In this document: positions 63,609-64,000 of the stretch, piece by piece
Layout of the letters: the number at the start of each line of letters is the position of its first letter
How positions within the stretch are numbered: the first letter of the stretch is position 1
IMG/VR virus record: IMGVR_UViG_3300020200_000018
DNA from: an uncultured virus (IMG/VR IMGVR_UViG_3300020200_000018)
Lineage: Duplodnaviria; Heunggongvirae; Uroviricota; Caudoviricetes
Direction: 5' to 3' (one strand)
DNA: 64,000 nucleotides
Translations under genes and position numbers: made by a program
The notes under the pieces: generated by a model
What the model was told of the DNA's origin: nothing
What the model saw: only the letters and a program-made list of their open reading frames with translations
Databases searched by the model: none

Positions 63609-64000
63609 TTACCGTTGGCTAGCTAAAAAACTTTCAAAGATATCTAGTTGTACTGCTGTTGAAAGCCCTTGAACAGTACCACTGGCTTTTTCGACCCTAC
63701 GTTTGGCTTTTTCCAATTTTGCTTCTTTGAAAATTCCATTATTCCAAATCCATTCCCTGCTTTCCATGATACCATTGACAAATGCTGAAGGAGCTGATGG
63801 ATCAGCCACAATATCAGCCGGTGTAGATAAGAAGTAATCTTCCATAACTTCTTGGTAGCCTCCGCGTTCACGGAGGTTACCCATACCACGGCTGCTCACA
63901 GCTATTTTGGCGCCTTCATCTAAAAAGTTCTTAACAATCTGGCCCATTGGGGTATCCATAATCTTTGCACGGCCAATAAAATTGTTGCCATCTTGGGTAA
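63609..64000 (-). CDS. 21: Prohead protease gp21 (partial, 5' end outside the window)
   Basis: FIGRAKIMDTPMG, VSSRGMG, DIVADPSAPSAFVNGIMESREW. Confidence 0.95.
   Translation of the reverse strand, partial: TQDGNNFIGRAKIMDTPMGQIVKNFLDEGAKIAVSSRGMGNLRERGGYQEVMEDYFLSTPADIVADPSAPSAFVNGIMESREWIWNNGIFKEAKLEKAKRRVEKASGTVQGLSTAVQLDIFESFLASQR

Overview
This window is a 64-kb segment of a T4-like (T4-superfamily myovirus) phage genome, with essentially all genes on the minus strand. Read from the right end in transcription order, it holds: the head module (partial gp21 protease, gp22 scaffold with a long acidic repeat insert, gp23 major capsid); gp3, uvsY, uvsW, gp55, gp47, gp46 and a peptide deformylase; a compact candidate DNA-hypermodification operon (C5 cytosine methyltransferase, TET/JBP dioxygenase, 3-TM PQ-loop-like protein, HAD phosphatase, nucleotidyltransferase-kinase fusion, GT-B glycosyltransferase); the VWA/peptidase plus CobS-like AAA pair; the replisome (gp45, gp44, gp62, regA, an interrupted gp43, uvsX, gp41, gp61); a class II ribonucleotide reductase; a glycosyltransferase/SAM-decarboxylase cluster; RNase H; and an early accessory region with duplicated promoter cassettes, a 25-bp palindromic tandem array and a DNA ligase. 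The most notable observations are five. (1) The MTase-TET-sugar activation-glycosyltransferase operon. (2) A 5-nt GGT-TA-GGT interruption in gp43 right after motif B, resembling a ribosomal hop site. (3) An unrecognised ~55-aa domain present once in an early gene and twice in a probable capsid-targeted late protein. (4) Two intergenic structured RNA candidates. (5) PeSL-like promoter cassettes carrying IHF-like boxes. All assignments come from motif recognition by eye; no database searches were run.
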